Notes under the pieces: model-generated
The model's input: only the letters and a program-made list of their open reading frames with translations
Databases searched by the model: none
Told to the model about the DNA's origin: nothing
Translations under genes and position numbers: made by a program
Assembly (NCBI GenBank): GCA_046754285.1
Contig: JBHHVJ010000015.1
Coordinates: 78-64,077 of the forward strand
DNA length: 64,000 nt
Origin: Myxococcota bacterium
Lineage (GTDB): Bacteria; Myxococcota_A; UBA9160; SZUA-336
Reading direction: 5' to 3'
In this document: in pieces, positions 1-9,580 of the stretch
Numbering within the stretch: position 1 is the first letter of the stretch
How the letters are laid out: the number at the start of each line of letters is the position of its first letter

Positions 1-1109
1 GCCGACCGAGGCTCGATCGGGAGCCGCCGCCCTCACGAATCGTGCGCGTCCTGCTGGGGCTGCTGCTGTTCCGGCTGATGTTCAGCTCAGGAATCGTGAA
101 GCTTCTCGACGACAACCCCGTGGGCCTGGAGTGGCACCGGCTTACCGCCCTCAGCTACCACTTCCAGACCCAGTGCCTCCCCAACCCCGTCGCGTGGTTG
201 GCACACCAGCTTCCGGCTCAGTTTCTGAAGCTCTCCGTCCTGGCGATGTTCTGCATAGAGATCGGTGTGCCGTTTCTCTTCTTTCTGCCGAGGCGGGCTC
301 GCATCCTGGCCTTCTTCCTGCAAGCCCTCCTGCAGCTTCTGATCATCGTCACGGGAAACTACGGCTTCTTCAACTGGCTCACACTCGCTCTCTGCATCCC
401 CCTGCTGGATGACGCTTTCGTGCGACGTTTCCTTCCGCGACGCTTGCGAGAAATTCCGCCCTCCGATCCGCAGCGCGCGCCGCTTCCGCGTCCTCAGAAG
501 TGGGTCATCGTGCCGCTCGCCCTGATCCTCCTGGTGCTCAACGCCGCCTGGATGGCCGATACCCTTCGGTCGGATCGGCGTGAACGAATCTTCGGCCACC
601 TGCCGCACTCCGTGCGGGCTCTGGTGTCCGCGACCGCGCCCTTCCAGCTCGTGAATCCCTACGGTCTGTTCCGCAGCATGACCACGCGAAGACCGGAGAT
701 TATCATCGAGGGCAGCGATGACGGACACACCTGGCAGCCGTACGAATTCAAGTACAAGCCGGGCCCGCTGGACCGTCCTCCCCCCTTCGTGGCGCCCCAT
801 CAGCCGAGGCTCGACTGGCAGATGTGGTTCGCGGCCCTGGGCGATCTACGATCCCCGCACAACCGCTGGTTCCTCGCTCTGGCGAAGCGGCTCCTGGAGG
901 GCTCTCCCGACGTCCTGGATCTGCTCGAGACCAACCCGTTTCCCGATCGGCCGCCACGATTCCTGCGCGCCGAGCTCTTCGACTACCGCTTCACGACGTG
1001 GGCCGAACGTCTCGACGAGGGGCACTGGTGGAGGCGCACCCACCTCCGCAGCTACCTGCCGCCCGTCACACTGGAGCGGTTTCGCCGAGGCAGGCAGACG
1101 CCGCCCTGA
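1..1109 (+). CDS. Lipase maturation factor (LMF) family membrane protein, 5'-partial (continues upstream of window)
   Basis: ORF 42..1109 has no in-frame stop back to position 3, so the gene continues upstream. Multi-TM N-terminus (LLGLLLFRLMF, FFLQALLQLLIIVTGNYGFFNWLTLALC). C-terminal conserved LMF-like region (NPYGLFRSMT, GHTWQPYEFKYKPG, APHQPRLDWQMWFAAL). Confidence 0.7.
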   Translation, partial: RPRLDREPPPSRIVRVLLGLLLFRLMFSSGIVKLLDDNPVGLEWHRLTALSYHFQTQCLPNPVAWLAHQLPAQFLKLSVLAMFCIEIGVPFLFFLPRRARILAFFLQALLQLLIIVTGNYGFFNWLTLALCIPLLDDAFVRRFLPRRLREIPPSDPQRAPLPRPQKWVIVPLALILLVLNAAWMADTLRSDRRERIFGHLPHSVRALVSATAPFQLVNPYGLFRSMTTRRPEIIIEGSDDGHTWQPYEFKYKPGPLDRPPPFVAPHQPRLDWQMWFAALGDLRSPHNRWFLALAKRLLEGSPDVLDLLETNPFPDRPPRFLRAELFDYRFTTWAERLDEGHWWRRTHLRSYLPPVTLERFRRGRQTPP

Positions 1110-1239
1110 CGTCAGGCTCGTCTCTAGGCCGGCAGCTTTGAGTGAGGCTCCAGACGATAGCCATCCCGCGTGTGAAGCCCGTCGTGCCCGCGTACGGAAG
1201 CAGGAGCCGAGATCGCTCCCATGCTAGTCTGCCCACCGT

Positions 1240-2844
1240 ATGTCGGACGACGCCGTCGACGTCTTGATCATCGGTGCCGGCGCTGCCGGTGCCGCCTTCG
1301 CCTGGAGCCTCGCGGAGACCCGCATGAACATCCTCTGTCTGGAGCAGGGCGACTGGATGAATCCCAGCGAGTACCCGACGCACCACCTGGACTGGGAGCT
1401 TCGCGCACAGCAGGGCTACGCCCTCAGCCCCAACGCACGCAGACGTCCCGAGGATTATCCGATCAACGACTCCGACTCCCCCATCGCGGTCTCCTGCTTC
1501 AACGCGGTCGGCGGCAGCACGATCCTGTACGCGGCACACTTTCCGCGCCTGCACCCCTCGGACTTCCGGGTTCGCAGTCTGGATGGCGTCGCGGACGACT
1601 GGCCGCTCGACTACGCGCGTCTCGAGCCCTACTACGACACGAACACCCGTATGATGGGGGTCGCGGGAATTTCGGGCGACCCGGCGTATCCGCCCAAGGA
1701 GGTTCCACTGCCGCCGGTGCCGCTCGGCCGGCTGGGCGAGACCATCGCGCACGGCTTCAATCGACTCGGCTGGCACTGGTGGCCGTCGGACAGCGCCATC
1801 GCGACCCGACCCTACGAGGGCCGAGCGCCCTGCATCAACCTGGGTCCATGCATCACGGGCTGCGCGCAGGGGGCCAAGGCCAGCACCGACGTCACCTACT
1901 GGCCCGCAGCCCTGCGCCAGGGCGTCCGGCTCCAGACGCGTTGCCGCGTCCGCGAGATCACCGTGCGCGAGAACGGAATGGCCGATGGCGTCATCTACTA
2001 CGACGCCGCAGGCGTCGAGCGCCGACAGCGTGCCGAGCTGGTGGTCCTGGCTTGCAACGGAGTGGGAACACCCCGGCTGCTGCTCGTCTCCCGGTCCAAG
2101 CTCTTTCCCGATGGGCTCGCCAACCGCAGTGGCCTCATCGGTAGGAACCTGATGTTCCACCCCTATGCAATGGTCGTGGGCGTGTTCGAGGAGCGTCTCC
2201 AGGGGTACCAGGGACCCACCGGATGCGGGCTCATGAGCCACGAGTTCTACGAGACGGACCGGTCGCGGGGCTTCGTGCGGGGCTACTCCTTCGAGCTCCT
2301 GCGGGGGATGGGTCCGGTCTCGACCGCGCTCTACGGGATGGCGGCGGGCACGCTTCCGTGGGGCCGTGATCACCACGCCGCCTACCGAGAGGTCTTCGAC
2401 CACAGCGGCGGCCTGATCGTGATCTGTGAGGATCTACCGGAGGCAGAGAACTCGGTGACGCTCGACTCCGAGCTCGTCGATGGCCACGGCACCCCCGCAC
2501 CTCGGATCCACTACCGCTTGAATGAGAACAGCGTCAAGATGTTGGAGCACGGTGTGGCGCGCGCCCGAGAAGTGCTCGAGGCCGCGGGTGCCCGGCGCAC
2601 CTTCTTCGAGTCACCGCTGCGGGTTGCGGGCTGGCATCTCATGGGTACGGCGCGCATGGGATCGGATCCGGAGCGCTCGGTGGTGAACGCCTGGGGTCGC
2701 TGCCACGACGTACGCAACCTCTTCGTGATCGATGGTAGCGTGTTCGTCACCTCCGGTGCAGCCAACCCGACGAACACGATACAGGCGTTGGCGCTTCACT
2801 CGGCCGACCGGATCAAGAAGAACCTGGCCAACCTCTTCGACTGA
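1240..2844 (+). CDS. GMC family FAD-dependent oxidoreductase
   Basis: N-terminal Rossmann VLIIGAGAAGAAFA. GMC C-terminal motifs (HLMGTARMG, NLFVIDGSVFVTSGAANPTNT). 534 aa. Confidence 0.85.
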   Translation: MSDDAVDVLIIGAGAAGAAFAWSLAETRMNILCLEQGDWMNPSEYPTHHLDWELRAQQGYALSPNARRRPEDYPINDSDSPIAVSCFNAVGGSTILYAAHFPRLHPSDFRVRSLDGVADDWPLDYARLEPYYDTNTRMMGVAGISGDPAYPPKEVPLPPVPLGRLGETIAHGFNRLGWHWWPSDSAIATRPYEGRAPCINLGPCITGCAQGAKASTDVTYWPAALRQGVRLQTRCRVREITVRENGMADGVIYYDAAGVERRQRAELVVLACNGVGTPRLLLVSRSKLFPDGLANRSGLIGRNLMFHPYAMVVGVFEERLQGYQGPTGCGLMSHEFYETDRSRGFVRGYSFELLRGMGPVSTALYGMAAGTLPWGRDHHAAYREVFDHSGGLIVICEDLPEAENSVTLDSELVDGHGTPAPRIHYRLNENSVKMLEHGVARAREVLEAAGARRTFFESPLRVAGWHLMGTARMGSDPERSVVNAWGRCHDVRNLFVIDGSVFVTSGAANPTNTIQALALHSADRIKKNLANLFD

Positions 2845-3342
2845 GTGGGAGACGAGATGGCTCAAGACGACGCACGCGCCGGCGGCCTCACGGACATCGA
2901 GAGGCGCACGCTGGAGGCCGTACTGAACGAGATCATCCCGCCGAGCAACGACCCCCGCATGCCCGGCGCAGGCGACTTGGGCGTGGCCGCATCGATCGAG
3001 GAACGACTTTGCGAGACGCCTGGGCTGCGTCCCGGGATCGCCCAGGGCCTGGCGGACGTCGACGGGCTCGCCCGGGAGCGAGGTGCCGTGCCCTTCGCCG
3101 AGCTCCCACGCGATGTGCGTGCCGAAGTTCTGCGCGAGCTCGGCGATCGGGCCGCGGCCTTTCTGCCGACGCTCATCTTCCTGGCCTATGCCGCCTACTA
3201 CCAGAACCCTCGCGTACTCACCGCACTCGGTCTCGAGCCTCGACCACCGTTCCCGGACGGCTATGAGGTTCCGTCGACGGACCTCTCGATCCTCGATCCC
3301 GTCCGACGCCGCCCCGCGATCTACCGGAAAACGCCGAGCTGA
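2845..3342 (+). CDS. Gluconate 2-dehydrogenase subunit 3-like small subunit partnered with GMC oxidoreductase
   Basis: GTG start overlaps the GMC stop (TGAGTG); an alternative ATG is at 2857. The 165-aa protein contains LNEIIPPSNDPRMPGAGDLGV, typical of this small-subunit family. No Tat signal. Confidence 0.65.
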   Translation: MGDEMAQDDARAGGLTDIERRTLEAVLNEIIPPSNDPRMPGAGDLGVAASIEERLCETPGLRPGIAQGLADVDGLARERGAVPFAELPRDVRAEVLRELGDRAAAFLPTLIFLAYAAYYQNPRVLTALGLEPRPPFPDGYEVPSTDLSILDPVRRRPAIYRKTPS

Positions 3343-3348
3343 CCCAGC

Positions 3349-4845
3349 TCATGCGGCCGCTCGCTCGAGGGCGCGGTGCAGCTCGACGAGCGCGAGCGTG
3401 TCGCGCTCGCAGTAGGCCAGGAGAGCCCTCCGCAAGGGGGCCTCCGCCTCGGGGCTCACCTCTCCGCGGGCGAGGCTCACCATGGCGGCGGAGGCGGCTC
3501 CCCCGTCGGAGATCTCCTCGAGGTCTGCGTAGGTCACGCACGGTGCGAGCACCGGCGAGACGTCCTTGAGCGAGAAGGAGCCGCGGAATCCAGGATGGTA
3601 GACATGCCCGCGCACCACGGCGAAGAGATCCCTCAGCCGTCCGACGAGCGCTTCGAGCGCGGGCGCTAGATCCGGCAGCGCCTCGGCCAGCTGTCGAAGC
3701 CTCTGGCTCTCGTAGCTCGTGTACACGAGGATGGGGCCGGGCGCCCCCGAGAGCGCATCGAGCAGACGTTCGGCGCACTCCCGACGCGGATCGCTTCTCC
3801 CGTCGGCCAGAAACTGTCGATGCACGAGCCGCCCATCGCTCTGCCGCTCGTGGATCGACCATTGGAAGGGGATGACCTCGTAGGGATACGTTCCCGGGTA
3901 GAGGGGAATGGCCGGATTCATTGTCTCGAAGTCGAGGTAGCAGGCGGGCGGTCCGAACTCCTCGAGCACCCGGGCCAGCTCGGGAGAGAAGTGAGGCCGG
4001 CCGGTCCGGTGGACCTCACGCACACGCGCCTGGAGAGAGCTCAACGGGTACGCGTCGGGAATCTCGCCGATGCGCTCGATGCCGCACGCCTGGAGGGCCT
4101 CCAGGTCGGCCGAGGAGATTCGGGGCAGGTGGAAGATCCAGTCCCGCGGCTTGCTCCTCGTGCAGTGCTCCCAGAACTCACAGCCGTAGGGCTCGTGACA
4201 GTGGCGACCAGGCGGAATCCCCGGTGCCTCGTCGCATGCCAGCGCCCGCGCGAGCTCGTCCACCCTCGCGCCCAGCTCGGCCCAGCGCTCGGCGGACTGC
4301 ACGCTGAGATCCTCCCTCACGAAGAAGCGTGGCCAGTCGATGGCACCCTCCTCCCGTCGGTAGCTCCGGTTCACGTACAGGAGCTCCACCGAGGGAACCG
4401 AGAGGCCCGTCCCCTCGAGCACCCAGTGCTGCAGCGCGACGTCGTCGATGTGCACCTCCTTGACGCGGGTCGACGCCTTGACCTCGCGCAGCCCCCAGCG
4501 CCCCGCCCCCAAGCGCTCCAGCACGTCGGCACGTACGCGCACGTTCCGCCACTCGAACGCCGCCTCGAAGATGGCCGGCACCGCAGGGTCGCGCATCAGC
4601 GCCTCCGTGCGGCGCACCGCCTCCTCATGCGCCCAGGGGGGATCGTCGACCCGAACGCCACCCGGAAAGAGCGCGTGTGCCGCCTCCCCCACACGCGTTC
4701 CCTCATCGAAGATCGCCTGCTGCGCGGGGGGCGGCGGTGCGGCGAGATCGCGGGCCCGGACGGAGAGCCACAGTCTCTTGGGGCACTGCAGCCCCGCCAC
4801 TACGCGCGACTTCGTCAGATGCACGGGCCTCTCGGGAGCTTCCAT
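3349..4845 (-). CDS. DUF2779 domain protein (predicted PD-(D/E)XK/RecB-like nuclease)
   Basis: Start trimmed to internal ATG (MEAPERPVHLTKSRVVAGLQCPKRLWL), which is the canonical DUF2779 N-terminus. The upstream 172 codons of the track ORF are R/G-rich, non-protein-like extension. 499 aa. Confidence 0.7.
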   Translation of the reverse strand: MEAPERPVHLTKSRVVAGLQCPKRLWLSVRARDLAAPPPPAQQAIFDEGTRVGEAAHALFPGGVRVDDPPWAHEEAVRRTEALMRDPAVPAIFEAAFEWRNVRVRADVLERLGAGRWGLREVKASTRVKEVHIDDVALQHWVLEGTGLSVPSVELLYVNRSYRREEGAIDWPRFFVREDLSVQSAERWAELGARVDELARALACDEAPGIPPGRHCHEPYGCEFWEHCTRSKPRDWIFHLPRISSADLEALQACGIERIGEIPDAYPLSSLQARVREVHRTGRPHFSPELARVLEEFGPPACYLDFETMNPAIPLYPGTYPYEVIPFQWSIHERQSDGRLVHRQFLADGRSDPRRECAERLLDALSGAPGPILVYTSYESQRLRQLAEALPDLAPALEALVGRLRDLFAVVRGHVYHPGFRGSFSLKDVSPVLAPCVTYADLEEISDGGAASAAMVSLARGEVSPEAEAPLRRALLAYCERDTLALVELHRALERAAA

Positions 4846-4995
4846 GGGGGCGCAGGACGTCCTCCTGGCGACGAGGATAGACGTCTCGAGTACCGGGCAG
4901 AAGGGACGACCCCTCGACCTCGCGTCAGATTCGGTCGGACGTGCTCTACTCTCGCGCAGGTGGCCGCGAAGGCCTCGGGATCGGAGGAAGATTCG

Positions 4996-5481
4996 ATGAG
5001 CAGATACGCGTTTCTCGCAGGGCTCGTCCTCGTTCTGGGGTCGGGCACAGCCCCCGCGGAGGGGCCGCCCACCGTCTTCGACGGTCTCTTTCCCGAGGGC
5101 CGTCGAACCCAGCCCCTTGGCGAGCTCATCGGAAGGGTTCAGCTCGCTCCGGGGGAGTCGTTTCGCCTCGTGGAGATCGGCCGGGACACACACTCGAGCC
5201 ACCATCTCGTCTGGATCCGTGATCGTGAGCAGCCGCATCGCCACGATCGACACGACCTCTTCGTCGTGATCCTTCGTGGCTTCGGCTCCATGCAGCTCGG
5301 GAAGGAGGAACGGCCAGTGGGTGAGGGCTCGATCCTCTTCGTGCCCCGAGGCACGCCCCACGCCTTTCGGAACGACTCCGATCGGCCCGCGATCGCCTAC
5401 GCGGTTTATGCACCCGCCTTCGATGGGTTGGATCGCGTACCGCTCGACGCCCCGCCGACGCGTGAACAGAGGCCGCGCTAG
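4996..5481 (+). CDS. Secreted cupin domain protein
   Basis: Internal ATG with RBS GGAGGAAG 6 nt upstream. Signal peptide MSRYAFLAGLVLVLGSGTAPA. Cupin motifs HHLVWIRD...HDLFVVILRG...PRGTPHAF. The upstream part of track ORF 3820..5481 is antisense to the DUF2779 gene. Confidence 0.75.
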   Translation: MSRYAFLAGLVLVLGSGTAPAEGPPTVFDGLFPEGRRTQPLGELIGRVQLAPGESFRLVEIGRDTHSSHHLVWIRDREQPHRHDRHDLFVVILRGFGSMQLGKEERPVGEGSILFVPRGTPHAFRNDSDRPAIAYAVYAPAFDGLDRVPLDAPPTREQRPR

Positions 5482-5813
5482 AGGTCGCTGTAGAGCCCGA
5501 GGCTCGCGAATCGCTCGACCGTATCGGGGTCGAGCTCGAGGAAGGCGAGCGCCACTTCCTGCACGTGCGGATCGGCCTCGTCCACGCGGACGACCTTGCC
5601 GGCCACGGTCGCGCTGTGCCCTCCGATCGTGAACGTCACCTCCAGAGTCGCTCCGCGCTCGAGCTCCTCACCGATACACTGGAAGCGGATGCCGCCGAGG
5701 CCGACATCGACACCCTGGGCCCAGCGGGTGCCCCCGCTCAACAGGTGGATCCCCACCTCCGCATCGGCGCGGATCCTGGGGTAGAGACGGCGATCGATTC
5801 CGTGTGTGGGCAT
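5478..5813 (-). CDS. PilZ domain protein (c-di-GMP binding)
   Basis: RxxxR (RRLYPRIR) and D/NxSxGG-like (HLLSGGTRW, DVGLGGIRF) motifs. 111 aa. Convergent 4-nt overlap with cupin gene. Confidence 0.7.
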   Translation of the reverse strand: MPTHGIDRRLYPRIRADAEVGIHLLSGGTRWAQGVDVGLGGIRFQCIGEELERGATLEVTFTIGGHSATVAGKVVRVDEADPHVQEVALAFLELDPDTVERFASLGLYSDL

Positions 5814-6044
5814 GGGGTTCTAGTCGTGTCGGAGCTGTCATGGGATTTCTTGAGCCTGCCGTTCGTTGCACACGGCCTGCCCGCTCGCCGACGGGGAAGC
5901 CGTCGCTTCCGGCCCGTCGCGCGCGAGCGCGCACGGTGTCGGGGGCTCCTACGCTCGCCCTGCACTCGAGCTGCACCGCCCGGCAGCTGCCGAGCGGTTC
6001 GAGCGAACCCCGGTCACGCCCCCGCTGCGGGTCTGCTCCGCCCG

Positions 6045-8246
6045 TCAGGGACGGGGCGGCGTCGGCTCGGCCGTCGCGGGGGAGCGCTCGCCGAGCTCGT
6101 CCGCATCGGGGTCGAGGGCGGCCGGCAGCGGAAGCTCGCAGCGCACGTAGTCGGTGGGCGCGCGACGGAGCGACTCCTGGATCTGGCCGGCGCGTCGTTC
6201 GATCACGACGGTCAGCGCCTCCTCGCTCGCGAGATTGGCCTCGAGCTCGCGGACCGGGTCGCTCTCGACACGAATCTGGTACTCGCCCGCGGGGAGACGC
6301 AGCGTCTCATCGCTCCCGAGCGCGGTCCGCGCCACCTCGCGACCGTGCTGAAGCACGCGGACGGGGGTTCCCACCGTGACCGCAAGGGCCTCACGGAGCT
6401 CATCGGCGTTCCGAGCGGTCAGGAAGCGACCGCCGGAGGCCTCCGCGATGGCGCTCAGGCTGGCCGGATCCTCATCGACCTCGCTGGAGAGCCCGAAGCC
6501 GATCACGTGAACCGGCGCGTTGGCGGCCGCGCGCAGCGAGCGAGCCGCCGCCACGGGATCCCCGCCGCAGCTCTCGATCCCATCGGTGACGAGCACGACC
6601 GCCCGCTCTCCCTCGCGTCCCGCGAAGTCCGCAGCGATCTGCTCCAGCGTGTAGGCGATGGGCGTCTGCCCGCGTGGCTTCAGCGTCGCGATCGCGCTCC
6701 GGATCTCCGTGCGCGCCTCATGGCCGAATGGAACCAGTAGCTTGGAGTCCGTGCACTCATGAAGCTCACGCCGATGCTGATGCCCGTAGGCACGCAGCGC
6801 CAGCGTCACATCCTCGGGAAGCCACCCGAGTGCCGAATCGAGAATCTCCTTGGCGATGCTGATCTTCGGCCGGTCATCGATGCGCCCCCACATGCTGTTG
6901 GAGGCGTCGAAGACGAGCTCCACCGATCGATCGGAGATCGACAGGGCTGGCCGACCGTCACGGAGAGCCTCGATTTTCAGGGCGGCACAGCCCGGCGCGT
7001 GCACGCGGACGCGTATCGTGTCGCCCACCGAACGGCCGTCGAGGCTCTGCGCCACGGCGACGATTCGGTTCTCACCCTCGTGCAAGGACAGCTCGGCCCG
7101 GAAGCGGTCCCCTTCGAGGACCGCCGGAACGGGCGGCGAGTCGTCGACGCGCAGCAGCACGGAGGCGACGTCCCAGGCGCGAGGCACGTCCGTACGCCCG
7201 GCCGGGAGCTCTGCGAAGGCGTCCACGATCCCCTCGACCCTCGTGCGGACCTCACGCCGCTCGAAGAGCGTGCCATCGCTGGGTGTCTCGATCTTCAGCT
7301 TCATGGGACCCGTCACGGTCACGGTCACGCGGCGCGTGGCGCTCTGCCCATCGACGCTCGTCGCCGTGGCCACGATCTCGTTCGACCCCAGACGCAACGG
7401 AACCTGGACACGGAACTGGCCGCCGTAAAGCTCCACCGGAACGGGCGGCTCGCCGTTCACAGCAACCGTGACCCCCTCCACACCGGTCGTGCGGAGGTTA
7501 AGAAAGGCTTCGGGCAGCTTATCGGGATCGTGGACCTGGATGAAGCTCCCGCCCGTGCCCGCGGCGATCTCGCGCAGGATGGCCGACCCTTTCTCGCTCG
7601 ATCCGAGCAGCAACGTATGGATCGCAACACCGCGGAGCCGGGCTTCCTGCATGGCTCGGCGCGCCTTCTCTGCGTTGGTCTTCCCATCGGTAAAGAGCAG
7701 GATCACGCGCGACGATCCGGGCCGGGCGCTCTTCTCCAGCTCCTCGAGCGCGAGCGCGATCCCGGCCGAGAGGTTCGTGGATCCGACGCGATCGAGACTC
7801 CGGATCGCCGCCAGGACCCGCTCTCGATCCGTCGTCAGTGGCGAGACGAGACGCGCCTTGCGGTCGAAGTCCACCACGCCGATCTGCAGAGCCTCGCGCG
7901 CCGGCAGGCTCTCGACCAGACCCGCCGCGCCGGCCGTGCGCTTGTTGCGGGGATCGGTCCGCAGCAGGCTCTTGGAGGTGTCGAGCACGAGCATCAGATC
8001 GAGGTAGCGAACACCCCCGAAGACGGAGGCACCGCCCTCCACGGCCACGGAGCCCTCCCAGCCGGTGAGCAGGGCGTCGGAGGCCGGGGAGTGGATCTCG
8101 AGCTCCAGGCGAGCAGGCTCGATCGGAGCACGCGGCCGTGAGGCCCACGCGGGTGGCGAGACGAGCGGCTCGCTGGGCGGCGAGCCCGCACAGCCGAAGA
8201 AGCCGAAGAGAAGGACGGCCAGAGCCAAGAGCGGAATCTTTCGCAT
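6045..8246 (-). CDS. Lipoprotein with two von Willebrand factor A (vWA) domains
   Basis: Signal plus lipobox (LLFGFFGCAG). Two MIDAS-containing vWA segments (LVFDASNSMW...; LMLVLDTSKSL...TNLSAGI...LFTDG). 733 aa. Confidence 0.8.
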   Translation of the reverse strand: MRKIPLLALAVLLFGFFGCAGSPPSEPLVSPPAWASRPRAPIEPARLELEIHSPASDALLTGWEGSVAVEGGASVFGGVRYLDLMLVLDTSKSLLRTDPRNKRTAGAAGLVESLPAREALQIGVVDFDRKARLVSPLTTDRERVLAAIRSLDRVGSTNLSAGIALALEELEKSARPGSSRVILLFTDGKTNAEKARRAMQEARLRGVAIHTLLLGSSEKGSAILREIAAGTGGSFIQVHDPDKLPEAFLNLRTTGVEGVTVAVNGEPPVPVELYGGQFRVQVPLRLGSNEIVATATSVDGQSATRRVTVTVTGPMKLKIETPSDGTLFERREVRTRVEGIVDAFAELPAGRTDVPRAWDVASVLLRVDDSPPVPAVLEGDRFRAELSLHEGENRIVAVAQSLDGRSVGDTIRVRVHAPGCAALKIEALRDGRPALSISDRSVELVFDASNSMWGRIDDRPKISIAKEILDSALGWLPEDVTLALRAYGHQHRRELHECTDSKLLVPFGHEARTEIRSAIATLKPRGQTPIAYTLEQIAADFAGREGERAVVLVTDGIESCGGDPVAAARSLRAAANAPVHVIGFGLSSEVDEDPASLSAIAEASGGRFLTARNADELREALAVTVGTPVRVLQHGREVARTALGSDETLRLPAGEYQIRVESDPVRELEANLASEEALTVVIERRAGQIQESLRRAPTDYVRCELPLPAALDPDADELGERSPATAEPTPPRP

Positions 8247-8415
8247 CGCGATGACCTCTCCGCGCGATGGGTGCGCATGTCGTCACTGTGTTGTGTCGGA
8301 TGCGTGGCGCGGGAGCTTGACGAGGCGGGAGGGCTCGGCCGCGGACTGAAGTTCGTCATGGGCACACCGAATAGATCTGGCGAGACCCGCCGCAGGGGTC
8401 TGGCGGAGGTGTCCC

Positions 8416-9573
8416 ATGCTTCACCCATTCGTCAGCCTGATCGCCCGGACGCGCTCCGCCGCGCCCTCACCCTGGCTGGAGACGGCGCCCGAGCCCAGCA
8501 CCCGCGTACTCCCCCGTGGTCCCGCGCCTCGAGGCCGCACCGTCCTGACGCTGCTCGTCATGCTCGCGCTCGGCGCCTGCATCTCCGCGCGCCGGCCGGA
8601 CCAGGTCGAGGAGCTGCTCGGCCAGGCGCTGCGGGCGGCCGAGGCCCACCACGAGTTCGAGCTCGATCCGGAGGCCGCCGTGATTCTCGATGCGATCGCC
8701 GAGGTGGACGACGGCTTCCCGGGCCTTCAGGAGCTCAACGAGGACCTGGATCCGGACGCGCGGATCGGCGTCGTGCGCGGCCGCTTCGGGATGAACTACA
8801 AGCAGCGCCCACCGCTGGAGCGCTCGGCGCGGGCGCGTGCGTGGCTCTGGCTTCCGGACCGGATCTTCGACCTGCTCGACATCGTCACCGTCGGCGCCCA
8901 CTTCGGCGTGGGCGCGTTCAGCGACGCGCACCTGACACGCGCGTTCCAGGTGGCTGGGGGCCTGCGCTCCACCGGTGGGGTGGGACTCCACGACCACCGC
9001 TCGCTGGGGATGAAGTCGCAGGCAGAGGCGGGACTGACCTTCGTGGCCGTGGGCAGCTACACCTACGCCGGCTCCCTGGTCGGCACGACGGGGACCCGCA
9101 GCGTGAGCGATACCGCCTACGGACTGCACCAGCCGTTCTCGCCTCTCTACCAGGAGCTTCGCGACTACTGGGCCGTGGGAGGCAGCGGCACGGCCGGCAT
9201 CGTGGGCTTCGAGGCGGACTTCCACCCGCTCCAGCTCGCCGACTTCTTCGCGGGTCTCGTGGGAGTGGACCTGCTGAACGACGATCTGGCCCACACGCGC
9301 AGCCTCAAGCTCGACGGCGTCGAGCGCAAGCTCGTGGCGGAGCTCCAGAGGCTGCGCTGGGCTCCCCGCATTCTCGCGGCCTACCACGAGGCCAAACAGG
9401 CCGGGACACTCGCCAGCAGCGAGCGCGTCCCCGCAACCTCCGAGCCTGGAGAGGGGAGCCCGTCCGACTGGACCCCCGTGACGCCCGACTCCGATCCGCT
9501 GCCGCCGCAGGAGACCGTACCGGCCGCACCCCAGCCCGACCCTCCCCCTTCTCCCGGCTCCGCACCCTGGTGA
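8416..9573 (+). CDS. Hypothetical lipoprotein, Gly-rich with Pro-rich C-terminus
   Basis: RBS GGAGGTG 5 nt before ATG. Internal signal/lipobox LLVMLALGACIS. Protein-like composition. No recognisable domain. Confidence 0.5.
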   Translation: MLHPFVSLIARTRSAAPSPWLETAPEPSTRVLPRGPAPRGRTVLTLLVMLALGACISARRPDQVEELLGQALRAAEAHHEFELDPEAAVILDAIAEVDDGFPGLQELNEDLDPDARIGVVRGRFGMNYKQRPPLERSARARAWLWLPDRIFDLLDIVTVGAHFGVGAFSDAHLTRAFQVAGGLRSTGGVGLHDHRSLGMKSQAEAGLTFVAVGSYTYAGSLVGTTGTRSVSDTAYGLHQPFSPLYQELRDYWAVGGSGTAGIVGFEADFHPLQLADFFAGLVGVDLLNDDLAHTRSLKLDGVERKLVAELQRLRWAPRILAAYHEAKQAGTLASSERVPATSEPGEGSPSDWTPVTPDSDPLPPQETVPAAPQPDPPPSPGSAPW

Positions 9574-9580
9574 ACCGGGC

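Noticed and set aside
1066-2403. 445-aa ORF on minus strand
   Set aside because: Antisense to the well-supported GMC oxidoreductase. R/G/A/P-rich low-complexity translation typical of GC-rich antisense frames.
3820-4995. N-terminal 390 codons of the 553-aa plus-strand ORF
   Set aside because: Antisense to the DUF2779 gene. Only the C-terminal cupin portion (from ATG 4996 with RBS) is protein-like.
6759-8141. 460-aa plus-strand ORF
   Set aside because: Antisense to the double-vWA lipoprotein gene. Arg/Gly/Asp-rich, no domain signal.
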